Assembly: GCA_038087875.1 (NCBI GenBank) | Contig: JAXLNO010001914.1 | Location: 1 to 64,000, forward strand | Length of the DNA stretch: 64,000 nt | Reading direction: 5' to 3' | DNA from: Malacoraja senta | Taxonomy: Eukaryota | Program-made: the position numbers and the translations under genes | Shown: in pieces, positions 1 to 13,437 of the stretch | How the letters are laid out: each line of letters opens with the position of its first letter | How positions within the stretch are numbered: position 1 is the first letter of the stretch | The notes under the pieces: generated by a model | The model's database searches: none | What the model was told of the DNA's origin: nothing | Seen by the model: the letters and a program-made list of their open reading frames with translations, nothing else

Positions 1-575
1 CCAGCACCTTCAGCAGCCATACATGCCCAGGCCATAACACCCCACCCACCGTGTTTTCACAGATGAAAATGGTATGCTTTGGATCTTGGGCAGTTCCTTC
101 GCTTTGCCCTTGCCATCACTCTGATATAAGTTATTCTTCGTCCCATCTGTCCACAAGACCTTTTTCCAGAATTGTGGCTGCTCTTTTAAGTACTTCTTGG
201 CAAACTGTAACCTGGCCACCCTATTTTTGCGGCTACCAGTGGTTTGCATCTTGCAGTGTAGCCTCCGTATTTCTCTTCATGAAGTCTTCTGCGGATAGTG
301 GTCATTGACAAATCCACACCTGAAGAGTGTTTCCGATGTGTCGGACAGGTGTTTGGGGATTTTTCTTTTATTATACAGAGAATTCTTCTGTCATCAGCTG
401 TGGAGGTCTTCCTTAGCCTGCCAATCCCTTTACGATTAGTAAGCTCACCAGTGCTCTCCTTCTTCTTAATGATGTTCTAAATAGTTGATTTTGGTAAGCC
501 TAAAGTTTGGCTGATGTCTCTTAACAGTTTTATTCTTGTTTCTCAGGTCTCATAATGGCTTCTTTGACTTTCATT
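1..575 (-). pseudogene. Tc1 transposase pseudogene (stops and frameshifts)
   Basis: ORF 10..249 and the end of ORF 530..745 (MKVKEAIMR) are pieces of one disrupted DDE transposase frame. Confidence 0.85.
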
Positions 576-931
576 GGCACAACTTTGGTCCTCAAGCTGA
601 TAAACAGCAATGAAAGTCTCCAAAGGTGATGGAAAGACTGGAGAAAGACTAGGTCTGAGGCTCGGTCTCTTGTACCTGTGTTAAGGAGGTAATTAAACAC
701 ACCTGAGCAATTACAAACACCTATGAAGCCATGTGTCCCAAACATTATGGTGCCCTGAAATGGGGGAACTATGTATAAATACAGCTGTAATTTCTACATG
801 GTGAAACCAAAATGTATAAAAATGGCCTTTATAAAGTCTGACAATGTGCACTTTAACCACATGTGATTTTTTTCTGTTACAAATCTGAAATTGTGAAGTA
901 CTGAGGCAAATAAAACATATGGAGGGCATTG
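1..931 (-). mobile_element. Tc1/mariner DNA transposon (IR/DR type), decayed; 5' terminal inverted repeat plus N-terminal half of the transposase, running off the window start
   Basis: Minus-strand translation gives RDISQTLGLPKSTI*NIIKKKESTGELTNRKGIGRLRKTS (HTH plus GRPR-like linker) and RLQFAKKYLKEQPQFWKKVLWTDGTK (Tc1 WTDE motif). An inner direct repeat gtcccaaacattatggtgccctg lies at ~735-757, and the outer end aaacatatggagggcattg ends at 931, followed by TA (932-933). Confidence 0.9.
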
Positions 932-933
932 TA

Positions 934-1385
934 AGATCATTCTTCATCCTCCTGCGCTCCAAAGAATAATGTCCTAGCCTGCCCAACCTCTCCTATAGCT
1001 CAGGCCTCATCCTGGCAACATCCTTGTAAATCATCTTTATTTTAGTTTACTTTAGTGCGGAAATAGGCCCTTCGGCCCACCGCGTCCACACCGTCCAGTG
1101 ATCCCCACACACCTAACACTTTCCTACACACACTAGGGACAATTTACATTTAAACCAAGCCCAATAACCTACAAATCTGTACGTATTTGGAGTGTAGGAG
1201 GAAACTGGAGATCCCGGAGTAAACCAACGGCAGTCACGGGAAGAATGTACAAACTCCATACAAACAGTACCCGAAGTCAGAATCGAACCCGGATCTCTAA
1301 CCCTGTAAGGCAGCAACTCTACTGCTGCGCCACCATGCCATCCCTGCACTCTTTCCAGCTTAACAACATCCTTCCTGAACCAACA
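934..1385 (-). mobile_element. CR1 LINE ORF2 fragment, abutting the Tc1 end and split by a SINE
   Basis: MGRLGHYSLERRRMKNDL matches LDRLGLYSLEFRRLRGDL of the CR1 at 52672-53688. The fragment resumes after the SINE at ~1341. Confidence 0.75.
1037..1343 (-). mobile_element. tRNA-derived V-SINE (HE1-like elasmobranch SINE)
   Basis: On the minus strand it has the head ggtggcgcagcagtagag (A box), gggttcgattctgac (B box), a conserved core, a 3' gggccgaagggcct stem and a (taaac)n-like tail. Confidence 0.85.
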
Positions 1386-1495
1386 GAACATTGAAACAGC
1401 TCAATTTCCAGAACTGGTGGACAGAATGTGCACAATAGGATTAGACCATTGGTGCAGGATATCAAGCAGCCTAATCAGTGCTCCTCAGTGTGATG

Positions 1496-1679
1496 TGTAA
1501 GAAAGAACTGCAGATGCTGGTTTAAATTGAAGATAGACACAAAATGCTGAGTACTGTAACTCAGCGGGACTGAGTTGAGACTCAGTCTGAGCAAAGGGTC
1601 TCGACCCGAAACGTCACCCATTCCTTCTCTCCAGAGATGGTGCCTGTCCTGCTGAGTTACCCCAGCATTTTGTGTCTAT
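1496..1679. mobile_element. Short Penelope-terminal module with inverted arms and a hammerhead-like motif (1587-1615)
   Basis: Similar to the 3' end of the PLE at 24875-25002. The arms are agatagacacaaaatgctg and cagcattttgtgtctatct. Flanking imperfect TSD: ctcctcagtgtgatg (1481-1495) / ctcctcaatgagatg (1680-1694). Confidence 0.8.
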
Positions 1680-3117
1680 CTCCTCAATGAGATGATGGCT
1701 CAGCACACATTTCAGGTAAGTTTTCAAATTATTTGTGTACAGTCAGGAAAAGATGAAGATTCCTTTCGGATCTTAAAAATCTGGTCTCACTCCAGCTCTC
1801 CTGTACCATTTCCATCCCCTTTTCCTTTCCTGAATCACTTCCTTCCTCCTTTAAACAAAGATTTCTGGCTAATCTGTTGGATTTCCCCTGCCCCCAGATC
1901 GGCCAGCTGCCCGGCTGAATCCTCGAGTGCTGGCATCTCGTTAGTCATATGTAAGTTGACTAGGCTATGAAAAGGCTCGGTCATGATACTGGGCTGACAG
2001 TGTGTTCATTGTTGCTGTTGGCCTACCGATCTGCATGAATATTAGCCCCATTTCCTTTGAGGACAAGGCAAGATGATACGAGTAAGTACAGTTGAATATT
2101 AACTTTGTATCCTCCCTAAAACTTCTGGGTCAAATTGTGTAATAAGCAATAACAGCTGTGGAAGAGGAATAGGGTTCGCGAGCACACGTTCTCATGGGCT
2201 CTCCTGGAGGGAACTAGCTGCTTAAAAAGGATTTGCTTTCTTTACATACAGAAACATTCTTTCAGTGCTCAAAGAGTTAAGAAATGCTAAAAAAGACTTG
2301 AAATAGATACAGCACTATAAAAAAGGGTTACAGTCTATAAGCTATATAACAGGAGAGGGAATAATTACTACACTTTTACAGAAGCGGGTCTTAAGCTCCC
2401 TAATTGCTTTTTTACATATAGTAGCCCAAGCATTTTATGTATTTCAGTATCTTCATCTCTCTTTCTGTTTCAGCACTTCACTTCTCTCCCGCCCCGAAAA
2501 ATCTCTTAAAAGGGAACTGCAGATTAGTACTGGCTGCTCTAGACTGCAACCAACACCACAGCAATCTGTAAAAGCTCAGATATGGCAATCTGTCTTTAAC
2601 AAATCCAATATGAGCAGATCGTGACTGCAAAACGCTCACATCTCACTCCCAATCCAGCATCTAACTCGGGATCTATTAAGTCTAGCTAAGCTGCTCAGCA
2701 ACTGTCAGGCTGCAGCAACGAAAACATATCATCAGATCAACTTTTGATTACATAATAATTTGTTATTTTGTTGAATTCTGGCACTAATCTTCCCTTTGTT
2801 GGTTGGAAGCCAGAAATTAGTTTGCGTCATTCCACTAGTTTCAACAGTGAAGCTCTCATCTCACCCAGCGAGCACTCTGCACTCTTGGACAGGGGCCAGC
2901 AAGGGAAATCCATTTAACATGAAGAATGCGCACAAGCACAAGGACTCTTACGAGACAGTTATTTTGCCTCTTAAAATAACCTGTGGACAACTGCAATCTA
3001 GCTAGACACATATAACTTGAGAAAATTTGGCATCAAAAACACAGCAATAGTCTGAGAGGAAGAGAGAAGAAAAATATGCTGGGGACTGGTAACGGCTGCA
3101 AGTGCATTCGTGGCATA

Positions 3118-3225
3118 TCACATGACCTGACAAAGTCCACCCAATTGGTTAGGTTTTCAGCTAAGTACAGCCGCCATGTAAGGAGCTGCAAGCTGTATTC
3201 TGTACTGGGGACTTAAAATGGCGGC
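3118..3225. promoter_or_regulatory. Candidate promoter/enhancer core: E/M-box, HNF4-type site, CCAAT box, two inverted YY1 sites
   Basis: tcacatga 3118-3125; caaagtcca 3131-3139; ccaattgg 3141-3148; gccgccatgt 3170-3179; aaaatggcggc 3215-3225. It lies in a stretch with no recognisable repeats. Motif evidence only. Confidence 0.4.
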
Positions 3226-5984
3226 CTAGTCGTTCGGTAAAATGGATAAAATGAGCTTAAAGACCCTTTTGAACCTTGTTCCAAAAACAAAAAGCAGACT
3301 CAGGGAGGGGAGGAGGAAATATAGCAGACCCGAGTAAAAACCAGATTTTCTCAGAACTCAAATTACAACACAGCACAGAGAAATGAGTGCTGACAAGGTT
3401 CCAAAATCTGCCTCAGTTGAAAGGAGTAGGTGAAAGACACAGAGCACACTGACATTACAAAAAATTACTGTACTTCAACAAAAAAAGCAGCAACAGTGAA
3501 TTTGAATCACTTTGACTGTCTGCCATTTAAAGCCCAAGAGGCTTGAATGTTGTCGGTTATATGAAACCATCGGCACTCATGAGATTTAAAAAAAATAAAA
3601 GGACACATCTACCTTGGCTCAAACCCACAAACACCCAACACAGACCTGACCGGTCAAACAATTTACATCTTTATGTGCAAATATTTTCCTCTAGCCGAGG
3701 TTCAAACAGCCAAAAGAACTGCCAGACACAACAGTGAAACAAGGAGCAAGAGAAAGTAGCCCAGCCAGGGCAACTGGCAGATAAACGATCTGCATTGATT
3801 TGCGAGTCTCCAACAGGCTTTTGCTATTGAATGATTTAGCCACCAGTCACAAGGTGCTCCCACCCTGTTATTAGTGGTTAATCTCTCTAACAAGAAGCCT
3901 TGTCACAGTTAATAGCTAACCAACAAACTTGTAGTCTATTTTTGCTGCAACACTTTCTTAGTTTGCAAATGGTTATGTAGTCACAGCCTACAGTATGTGG
4001 GCAGACGTTTGAGTATAAACAATTAACCCTTTAGGAATAAATACAGTTCAAGATCAACCGAGTTGCTATGAACTCCAGGGGTAGATTATCAGAATGCGAT
4101 GCAAGGTGCTGTCTGGACCATCACACTTTGTTGACACTTGTATCAACAGTGAATGTGACAGGCTTACACACGGCCGGCATAGTTAGATGCGAACCAAGAC
4201 ATCAGATTTACATTATTCAAAAGTTCATATCCTGTTCACACAACATCCCTTATAGAGGTCACGTTCAGTTCATGGGAGGGTGATCTCGAACCAACAGAGT
4301 TTGCTTTCGATTTTCAGGTTGTGTACACAGCATTTCAATTACAGGTTGGACGGATGTATTGTGCTTGTGTTTTATGCTGCAAACAGGAAATTTGCCTCTA
4401 GAATTTACTCCCGCTAATTGCAAATCTCTATACACTTCCAAACCAAAGCAACTGCAAGGTCATGTGCTGGTAGTCTCCACTCAATGTCGTAACAAATGAC
4501 TCTGTGTTGGTTATTAGTGACAATTTAATGCTTATCAGCTGCAGACTTAAAAACAAATGCAAATTTCTAACTCCCTCGCATACAAGGTTTTACATTGTGG
4601 CTGCATAATAAAACGTGAGAACATATCTGGTGCACATGGCCTCCAACTGTTCCAAATCCAAGGTTGATTTGAATTCTTCTTGCTTTGGTCAAACCACACC
4701 AATGGAATGATGGTCAGATGGTTTCTACTGAGCAAGCAATCAATTAATTCTGATAGATTTTTGCGAAACAACAGACATAATTTTTAAGAGAATGGTCCAG
4801 ACAGTTTATTCACTGTGCATTTCTATCATTCCACTCAATTATAATAATAGAAATGCTCATACTTTTAAAAACAAGAATATAATTGATATAAATATTTAGA
4901 ATGTCCCTCAAACACTATTGTACAACTTCATTTCTCATAATTGAAGTAAAAATGTTAAAAAATTTAAGCTAACTTTCCACCTATTGAGTAAACAGATCAA
5001 ATGTTCTTACGAAAGCCAGAGAGAACATGAGGGAAGAATGCAACAAACTCATAATTTCCAAGTCTCTATAGCACTACGGATTCCAGCAGACATTTATTTA
5101 TGCTCCGCATGAACCCCCTCTTACCTTTTATCATCCAACTACCTCCATAGCCTAACTTTGCTCATTTTCTCTAGTCGCGAGTTATAGTTTGGGTGTCTAG
5201 TTTCAATTGAAAATATTCCATTACATATATTGGAACCCTGTTACGCATGAAAATATGTTTTTGTTCTTGTTATTTACATGTGTACTCTTTTGACGGTTTA
5301 CATTAAATACATTTGAACTCCCTGCAAATTTCGCCCTTTTCTACTTACTAATGTGTAAGCATTAAGAAAGTGGCCTAAAATAAATAATAGTGAGGGGGAT
5401 TAGAAATAGGAATGTTTCTGGAAGTACTTACATTAGAGGTGGTAAGAATGTTTGTATGACACAAATGCATTACAAATGATTGGATTATAAAGAGGCGTAA
5501 GAAATCAAGGGCCAAGATAAAACAATTTATCACAACTATTTGCGTTGCCATCATAAACTCCATCCATTTATTTAATCAACCACGGCAAAGTCCGCCACAC
5601 CTCCCTGGTCACTGAACATAATCAACCTTGGAAGAAATATCCATCCTGTACCTCAGCTATTCAATCTTGAATTTACTTATCCACTGACATGGAACTAATG
5701 GAGGGTGCTACCATCGTCAGCTAAAGAATACAATGTTCTCGATCTACTGCTATCCCTACATATTTCAAATTTATTTGTAATTAGTAATTAACTGACAACA
5801 CTGAATGGATTGTTTTTTTCTGGAAACGTGTTCTGCATTTCACTTCTTTATTTGAAAAAAATCACCTTTTCCCATCTCATGACTTAATTGAAACGTTATT
5901 TTTAATCCAATCTTTTGACTCACAATCCAAGGTAAGCAATTGATTCAGATCTACAATTTATGCTTTGCAGTATTAAGAGAATAA

Positions 5985-8530
5985 CATCAAGATTACAGCA
6001 TGGAAAGAGGTCATCCAATTCCTGTGTTTGTACCAGATCAATGCGAGAACAATTCTAATAGTCCCACCATCCACCCTTTTTCTATTGCCCGATATTTCAC
6101 TTTTTCACTTTTCAAGTACATATCCAGTCCCCTTTCAAACATCACAATTGAAATTTAACTTCATAACTCTGCCTTGAAGTGCATTTCACATCTTAACCGC
6201 CTGTCGTAGAAAAAGGTTTTTCCTCACGTCACTCCCAGTTCTTTTGACTGTCAACTTCATTCTATATATTTTGGATCTGGATGCTTCTGCCAATAGGATC
6301 ACTTGTCCTTCTTGATTTTAAGTAACTGTCATAGAGACAATGTGCTGGAGTAACTCAGTAGGTCAGGCAGCATCTCTGGAGAAAAGGATGAGTGACGTTT
6401 CGGGTTGGAACCTTCTTCAGACTGAAAGTAAAGGGTTAAGTAAGGATATTGCCTCTGATAGCACATAGAACAGTACAGAATAGGAACAGGCCCTTTGGCT
6501 CACAATGTTGGTGCCAATCATGATGCTGTTAAACTAATCTCTTCTGCCTGGTCCATATTAATCCTTTCCCTGCAAATCCATGTGGCCATCAATAAGCCTC
6601 CTAAATGGCACTATCTCCACCACCATACTGGAGGCATGTTCCAAACACTCACCACACTGTTTAAAAAACCTGCTCTATACGTATCTCCTTGAAACTTTCC
6701 CCTCCGACTTTAAATCAATGTTCTCTAGTTTTTGATGTCTCTACCCTGGGAAAAAGGTTTTGACTCTCTACTCTAACCATGTCACTCGTAATTTTATGTA
6801 CTTCTATTAGGTCTGCCACAACCTCCGACGCTCCATAGAAAACATTCCAAGTTTTCGATCTTCTCTTTCTAGCTAAAAACCTCCGAAACTCTCTGATCCA
6901 TGGAAAAAAATTGCAGCTTCTACTGCTTACCCACATATTAATGTCCTGAGAACATCATCTTGTACTTCTCTAAGACATTAATACCTTTCCTAAATTACAA
7001 TGCCCAGGACAGAACACAAGTAGCTCTGGTTGTGACAGAACCAGGCTTTTACAAAGATTAACACTTTGCCCTTGTACGCCTACATGTTTTTTACAAACCC
7101 AGGATCCCAAATACGTTTTAACCACTTTTGCAACTTGCCCTGTACTCTTTAAGGATTATGTAGATATACTGCCAGATCACCCTGTTCCTGTACCCTTTCG
7201 AGAACTGGTGCTCTAGTTTTAAGCGCAATACTTTGCCTTGTTCTGCTCTAAATTTCATTGCCACGTGAACACCCTTTTCACCAGTCTGCCTCCTGAAGTT
7301 TATTACTGTCCCCCTCAGCGTTCACTATACTTTAAGTTTCATGTTTCCTGCAAAGTTGGAAGTTGTTCTTAAGTATTGGAAAAAATGTGGTTCCAATACT
7401 GATCCCACAGGAACTCCATTGTACTTTTCACTCCAGAATGAAAAAACAACCATTCACTACTAATTTGTATTTTCTGATATCAGCCAGTATCTTGTTCATA
7501 GTTCTACTGCTCCTATTATTCCGTGGACTGGAATCTTGATGATGTCTATTATGCTGCACTTTATCATTGGCATTTTGAAAGTCAACCACAACTTCTTCCT
7601 CTCTCTGGTCCTCTCCATTCACTTCATTGACATGCTTTAAGTTGGTGGTGGAATTTGCCCAGAACAAATAGCTTTCCCTAATCAAGTCACACTTGACCAA
7701 GTGCCACATGCTTTCCTGATTATTATTCCTTAAAGTTTCCCCTACCAGCCTGCTTAAACTGGCAGCACTGTAGTTGCCAGAGTTATCCTTGTAAGCTTTT
7801 TAAAGGTGTAACATTTGCAGTTCCCCACTCCTCAGGTTCCATTGCATATATACACAAACACTTGGAAGGTTAACCAATGTTTCACAATTTCTTCCCTTAC
7901 TTGCTCTCAGCAACCTAGGGTGTATGATATTGACAGCAGCTAATCTGTCCACTACAGATGCCCTCCCTGCACCCTTCTATCAATTTTCTAGCCTTTCAGT
8001 ATCTCAGCTACATCTTTCTTTGCCAAGATCACAATAGTTTAACCTTCCTTAGTAAAGACCAGTGGAAAGTACTCATTTAATACCATCCTTTTGACCAGTT
8101 TTGTCATGAGTGGACTTCCTGCTTGGTCTTTGACCAGTTCCAGCTCCCTTCTTACCATCTGTAACTATTTGCAAGCATGTGCAGTTTTAAGATTCCCTTT
8201 CATGTTTTCTGCCATACTATTTTCTGTAATCATTTTGATAGTCATGTAGGCCTCTTTCTCTCTCCATCCCTCCCTCACCACACACGCACACAAATGTGCA
8301 TAGATGAAGCTCTGCTTTTACTAACCCCACCTTTATCCCTTGTGGGATAAATACACAGATTGAACTATCTCCACCTGAAGACTGCTCATTGTTCATGATA
8401 TCCTCTCCCTCTAGCTTTACAATACTCTTTATAATCAATACCGCCAACACTTCTGCCACCCTTCTTCCCTTTCCTATCATTGCTCAACACTTTGATTGAA
8501 GAACATTTAGTATCCAAAGCTGCCCTTTTT
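5985..8530 (-). mobile_element. Cluster of old and nested CR1 LINE fragments (3' UTR and RT region)
   Basis: ORF 6715..6936 (DLIEVHKIT..VESQNLFPRVETSKTREH) and ORF 7428..7709 (VVVDFQNANDKVQH) are degenerate CR1 ORF2 peptides. CR1 3'-end signatures occur at ~5995 and ~6465-6500. Confidence 0.7.
6331..6430 (-). mobile_element. Short Penelope-terminal module with hammerhead-like motif (6394-6420)
   Basis: The reverse complement reads agtCTGAAGAaggttccaacccGAAACGTCactcatcc...gatgctgcctgacc. Confidence 0.75.
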
Positions 8531-9639
8531 TCACAAGATTTCCATTTTGCTGCATCATATTTCCATGTGGTTAATAGCGTTTACAGTTCTTCCACTCTTT
8601 GAATACACTTTGTGTGTTCACGTGCATTCACTGCATATGTTTTTTAACCTTCCTTCTACTCTCTCTTAGTTTGGCCCTATTTAAAAACACTACTATTGCT
8701 TGTCAAGTGTTTCTTCACTCCTAACCCTTTTGTTCTCCTTTAGAAGGCAACACTCTGGACCCGCCTACCTTCCAACTTAACATTGGGGATCATACCAAGC
8801 ACAATTTCCTTCACTTTAAACTAAACAAAGGGAATATGTAGGAAAACCTTAAAAATAAAGATTCCGATTCAGTTGCTCAATGCTATTCGGTGCACCTTCT
8901 TGGAACTTTGAGCAAGTATGTTGAGTTTCCTAACAACTGAATGTCCACTAAGCACTCGTTCCAGGTAACATTTATTGTCCAAAGAGGGTTACGACATTCA
9001 ACACTGCTAAACTCTTGAGCGCATACTCACACAATGTAGTTAGATTTGGAAATTTATGGTTTATGTAAAAGTCAGGAGGTTTATGTATCTGTCAGAATGT
9101 TCTGTGTTTTAAAAGGTAACCTGTAAATAATGTCATTGCTGTTCACATCCTTGACACCAGGATTTGGCAAGTTTTGCAGTATATTTAGTTGACAGCATTT
9201 TCTGCAACCACAGTGCATTAGTGAAGCCAAAGATCCACATTGATTCCATTGGCAAGGACACTAATTAAGTTGACTGCTGTTTCCTGGATGTCAACCAGAT
9301 CTCTCAGGCCTTTACCTAGCCACTGAACAGATTCCCATCTCCCTTATCCAAACACTGATCAGAATTATCAGCTCCTAATCTGAGAAATCTATTCCCATAT
9401 CCCCTTAAACTGATGCTGAACATAGCCAACAGCACCAGGTTGGTACAGGAGATCATTGTACCCTGCATTAACCCCATGGAACGACATTGACTTTTGTAGA
9501 TAGTTTTCAGCTCTGACAGGATTAAGGAGTACTGTTTGGAGCCTCATGAACCTTAAATAATTTGCAACATTGTGAAAAACCCTTAAATCTATAGTGCCTC
9601 TCAAAATCTCCTAAAGTAATTAATTGACAATTAAACACC

Positions 9640-9960
9640 TTTGAGGTGTGGTCACTGTGGTAATATAGGAAAAAATAGTCAATTTCCACACATGAATTCT
9701 CACAAATGGAAATGTGATAATGAGCAGTTTTAATTATGTTAGGTAGAAAATAAACATACAACATGGGGAAGCTCTGAGACCCTTCTTTGAACAATGTTAT
9801 TTGTGTCCTTCAATAGATGGTTTTTAATCTCCTGTGTGAAAGCAGACATCTCCAACACTGCAACGCTCTCTCAGTCCTGCAAGGAATGTGAGCCAAGATA
9901 ATAAGTTTTTCAAGTTCAATTTGAACGCACAACCTGTTGTCCAATTTACGGATGTTACCA
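9640..9960 (-). mobile_element. Ancient Deu-domain SINE relic (SacSINE1/AmnSINE1-like)
   Basis: Degenerate ctcacaaatggaaatgtgataatgagcag and gacatctccaacactgcaacgctctctcagtcctgca segments, recalled as DeuSINE-like; similar to 31270-31590. Confidence 0.5.
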
Positions 9961-11039
9961 ATATCTTACAGTGGATACCAACAAATCTAGAGGAGCAATT
10001 GCATTCAAAGGCACAACAGTAGATTAATAGAAAAATCTAATAATATTATTGCAAAATATGTATTGGCTATTTTATCTTTGACGTAAGAAGATTTCCACAG
10101 AAAATACTTTGAGTTACTTGACTGTTTCAGCAATTCTTCACAAGTAATTATTTAACTTTTTTTTTCAAAATTCAATATCTGAACACCAACAAAGGGGTTG
10201 TGGCAGTTTTCACTGGTTACTTTCGTTGCAACTTCTCAGCCAATGGTTAACCTAGTGCACATTAGTGTATTCTGCCGTTGCCCACTGCCAACATAAGAGG
10301 AGAGAAGGGTAAAAGCAGAGGTAGAAGGGTAGTTTTCATGTAAACTGTATGCAATTGGTAGTTTAATGGCTAACATACCTGCAAAATTCAAAGATGGACT
10401 GTGAAGATGGACATTATCAATTTGCGGCAAGTAATGTTCACTAGCAAAAACATCTGAATACAATGTCAACAGTTTGATTATAGCCTTAATAGATTGATTA
10501 TTTTTCTATTTCTAAAGTAAGGAGAATTTGCCAAACTTCACATTGTTAAAACAATGCTGTGCTAATACAGGGAGCATGATAGAATATTCGATTTATTACT
10601 TCAGCAGTTTCTTTAAATTGTTTTGCGTAGGGTTTCAGTTAACTATATTTAACAAACACTAAAACATATTGTACCCTACAGCTGATTGAAATTCATTTTG
10701 AGAGCAGTAGAAATTTTAGTAATTAGATAAATGTAAGACGCACAAGTAAGATAAATCTAATCTAGCTAATTATTGTTGTAAATTGGTTTAATTTTAATGA
10801 TCAGCAAACGGATGAAGTGTCATAAACATTGTTATCAAGCAACACATCCTCACCACCAAAAACCCTGCTCCCCAATTTATGTTCCAGCCTTAATCACAAT
10901 ATTCATCGGGTCTAAATTCCGAAATGACTGTCTTTGCCACTGATTGTTGCATCAAGGCCATGGTAAAACTGAAGTCAATGGACAACAAAGAGTAAACATT
11001 TCAGTCATTGAGTCATGCCTTGCACAAAGGCAGGTGATT

Positions 11040-12060
11040 GTTGGAGATTTCAAATCTGGGATGTTGCTGCAGGAGTTCATCAGGACAATATCCTAGCCCT
11101 ACCCATCTTCAGCTTCATCTTCAAAGATTTTCCTTCCATAAATGTGATTGTATAATGAAGAAAATGAAGCCACCTACATCTGTATACAGCAAAATCTCAA
11201 TAACATTCAGGCACAGGGTGATAACTAGTCAGTAACATATGCAAAAGAAAAGTGCCAGGCAATGACCAAGTCCAATTAAAGTGAACAACATCATTAATAA
11301 TACCACTCAATCTCCAAATATCTATATCCTGAGAATTTCCACAAACTAAAAACTCAAATGAGACAGCCACATAAATACCATGGTCACCAGAGCACATCTG
11401 AGGTTGGGTATTCTGTAGTTACTCTCACTTCCTAACACATCAAAGTCCTTCCACAATTTACAAAGCACAAAATAAAGAACATGACAGAATATTCTCCCTT
11501 GCCTAGATGAATGCAGCTCCAACAACATCAAAATTGGCTGTGTGGAGTTTGCAGGGTGGCACAGTGGTGAAACTGGTAGAGCAGTGATCTCACAGTGCCA
11601 GAGACACAGGTTCGATCCTGAGCTTGGGTGCTGTCTGTGTGGAGTTAGCAAGGTCTCCCTGTGACCACGTGGGGTTCTCCGGCTGTTCCGGTTTCCTTCC
11701 TCATCCCAAAGACATGCAGATTTGTAAGTTTATTGGTCTCTGTAAATTGTCCTTGGTGTGGATGCAAAAGTGGATAACAGAATTAATGCGAACGGGTTAT
11801 CGATGGTCGGCATGGACTTGGTGGACCGAACGGCCCGTTTCCATCCTGCATCTTTCAATCAATCAATCATTCATCCTCAACAACGTAGCCAAATTGACTG
11901 GCACTATCCAACACTCTGAAAAGAATCTGAGCACCACCACTTGCTGTGGGTGCAGTGTTTGACATTTGCAAAATGCACAGCAGTTATTTGCCCAGATTAT
12001 TCTGAGACTACCTCCAAATCCCACAACCTCTACCACCACAAAGTAACAGGCATACAGGAA
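11040..12060 (+). mobile_element. Old non-LTR retrotransposon RT/3' remnant (L2/CR1-group), split by a SINE
   Basis: Contains a degenerate PQGS-VLGP-type region (gagttcatcaggacaatatcctagccct) and C-terminal RT sequence ccacaatttacaaagcacaa...tgcagctccaacaaca. Confidence 0.5.
11553..11872 (+). mobile_element. V-SINE (HE1-like), (tcaa)n tail
   Basis: A box ggtggcacagtggt, B box ggttcgatcc, conserved core, and tail tcaatcaatcaatc. Confidence 0.85.
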
Positions 12061-12398
12061 ATAGTACCAGATGTAGTACCAAGTGGCAGTTAGGGAAAGC
12101 TATTAATACCAGTCCAACTAGCAATTACCGCAGCCTAGAATCCTGTAAGCAATTAAATTTAAGGAACTATCTCATTCCTAAATCTACATACGCTTGCTGT
12201 TGTGAATTTCTAACTTTAATTTTATTCAAAGATCGCAAGGAAATCACCTCATATTTGAGACTACCATATATACTGGGAAAATAATTTGTTTATCATTCTA
12301 GATTTACTCCATGAAGAAGACAAAAATGCGAACCCTTTGGTGGTAAGTGATTATATTGATGTGTGGAGAATCAACATACAATGAAACATCATCACAAT

Positions 12399-12400
<2 letters not shown>

Positions 12401-12452
<52 letters not shown>
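12401..12452. repeat. (TA)n microsatellite
   Basis: About 26 perfect TA units. Confidence 0.98.
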
Positions 12453-12456
<4 letters not shown>

Positions 12457-13437
12457 CTTTTGATGTAAGGATAAATGTAATGTAAAAGGGTTTTAAAACT
12501 ATGTCAAGATGTCAGTGTATTTTTTAATTCCAAATGGTCAGAATAAAACAGTTGTTTTAGTGCATTGTGTAATAGTGTACAGAATTACTATTCTGTTCCC
12601 CAATATCAGGCACATTTAGTATCTTTGGGCAACAATTACAGTTTATCTAATTTACAGTAGTTTAGATCTCACTGATCATCGTGGAAACCTTTGTATCTAT
12701 TCAATAATCTAAATTCTCTCTTTTGTAGTACAATATTTCAGGACCCTACTAACGAGACTGCCCTTATCTCCTGTTGTCTCACTTTTACCACATACACAAT
12801 GAATAAAGCATCTGCAAAAACAACACCAGATAATATTACATCACTGGTAGATGTCAGGCCAACAAGCGGCATTAAAATCACAGGCGAAAAACTAATGCAA
12901 AATGTTGCTTCAATTCTGTTGTAAAAAATTATGTTGAACTCCCCTTCAGATTTGAAGAATATATATCCTTTAACTTCCAATAGTTCTGCATTTTATCACT
13001 CTTCACCTAGCCAATCCACAACATAGCTGACTAAAATAAATGTGTTCAAAGAAACCAGTATTAAAACTATTTTGCCCCAGAGACTGGAAGGTATAAATCC
13101 AGTGGAAAAAAAATGTTTGAAAGGAACACTTTTTATTAATGCAAACAGAAGATTACCTCTTGCACTCAGGCACTCAAACATATCCAAGCAACAACATTTC
13201 GACAATGGAAAAGAGGAAATGATTCAGAGAAAAAGAGCATAACAAAATAAGACTCAGGAGAGCAAACTTATGCAGTTATACAAAGGTAGAAAGATTGTTT
13301 CCAGCTTAATGATCATCTGCAGGATTTTGCCATTACAGGTTTGCTAAAAGACCACTGGACATGCACAAAGATGCTGCATTTGCTCTCCCAAGTTGCATCA
13401 GACACCTGCAAAAGCAGTGAACAGCAACAGATAATTG

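Noticed and set aside
1290-1340. tRNA-like A/B box sequences (also at 11553, 31678 and 33040-33109)
   Set aside because: They are SINE heads continuous with the SINE core and tail; no complete cloverleaf is evident.
1730-1990. Minus-strand coding-looking stretch (MTEPFHSLVNLHMTNEMPALEDSAGQLADLG...)
   Set aside because: It stops after ~50 codons, with no recognisable homology and no convincing donor site.
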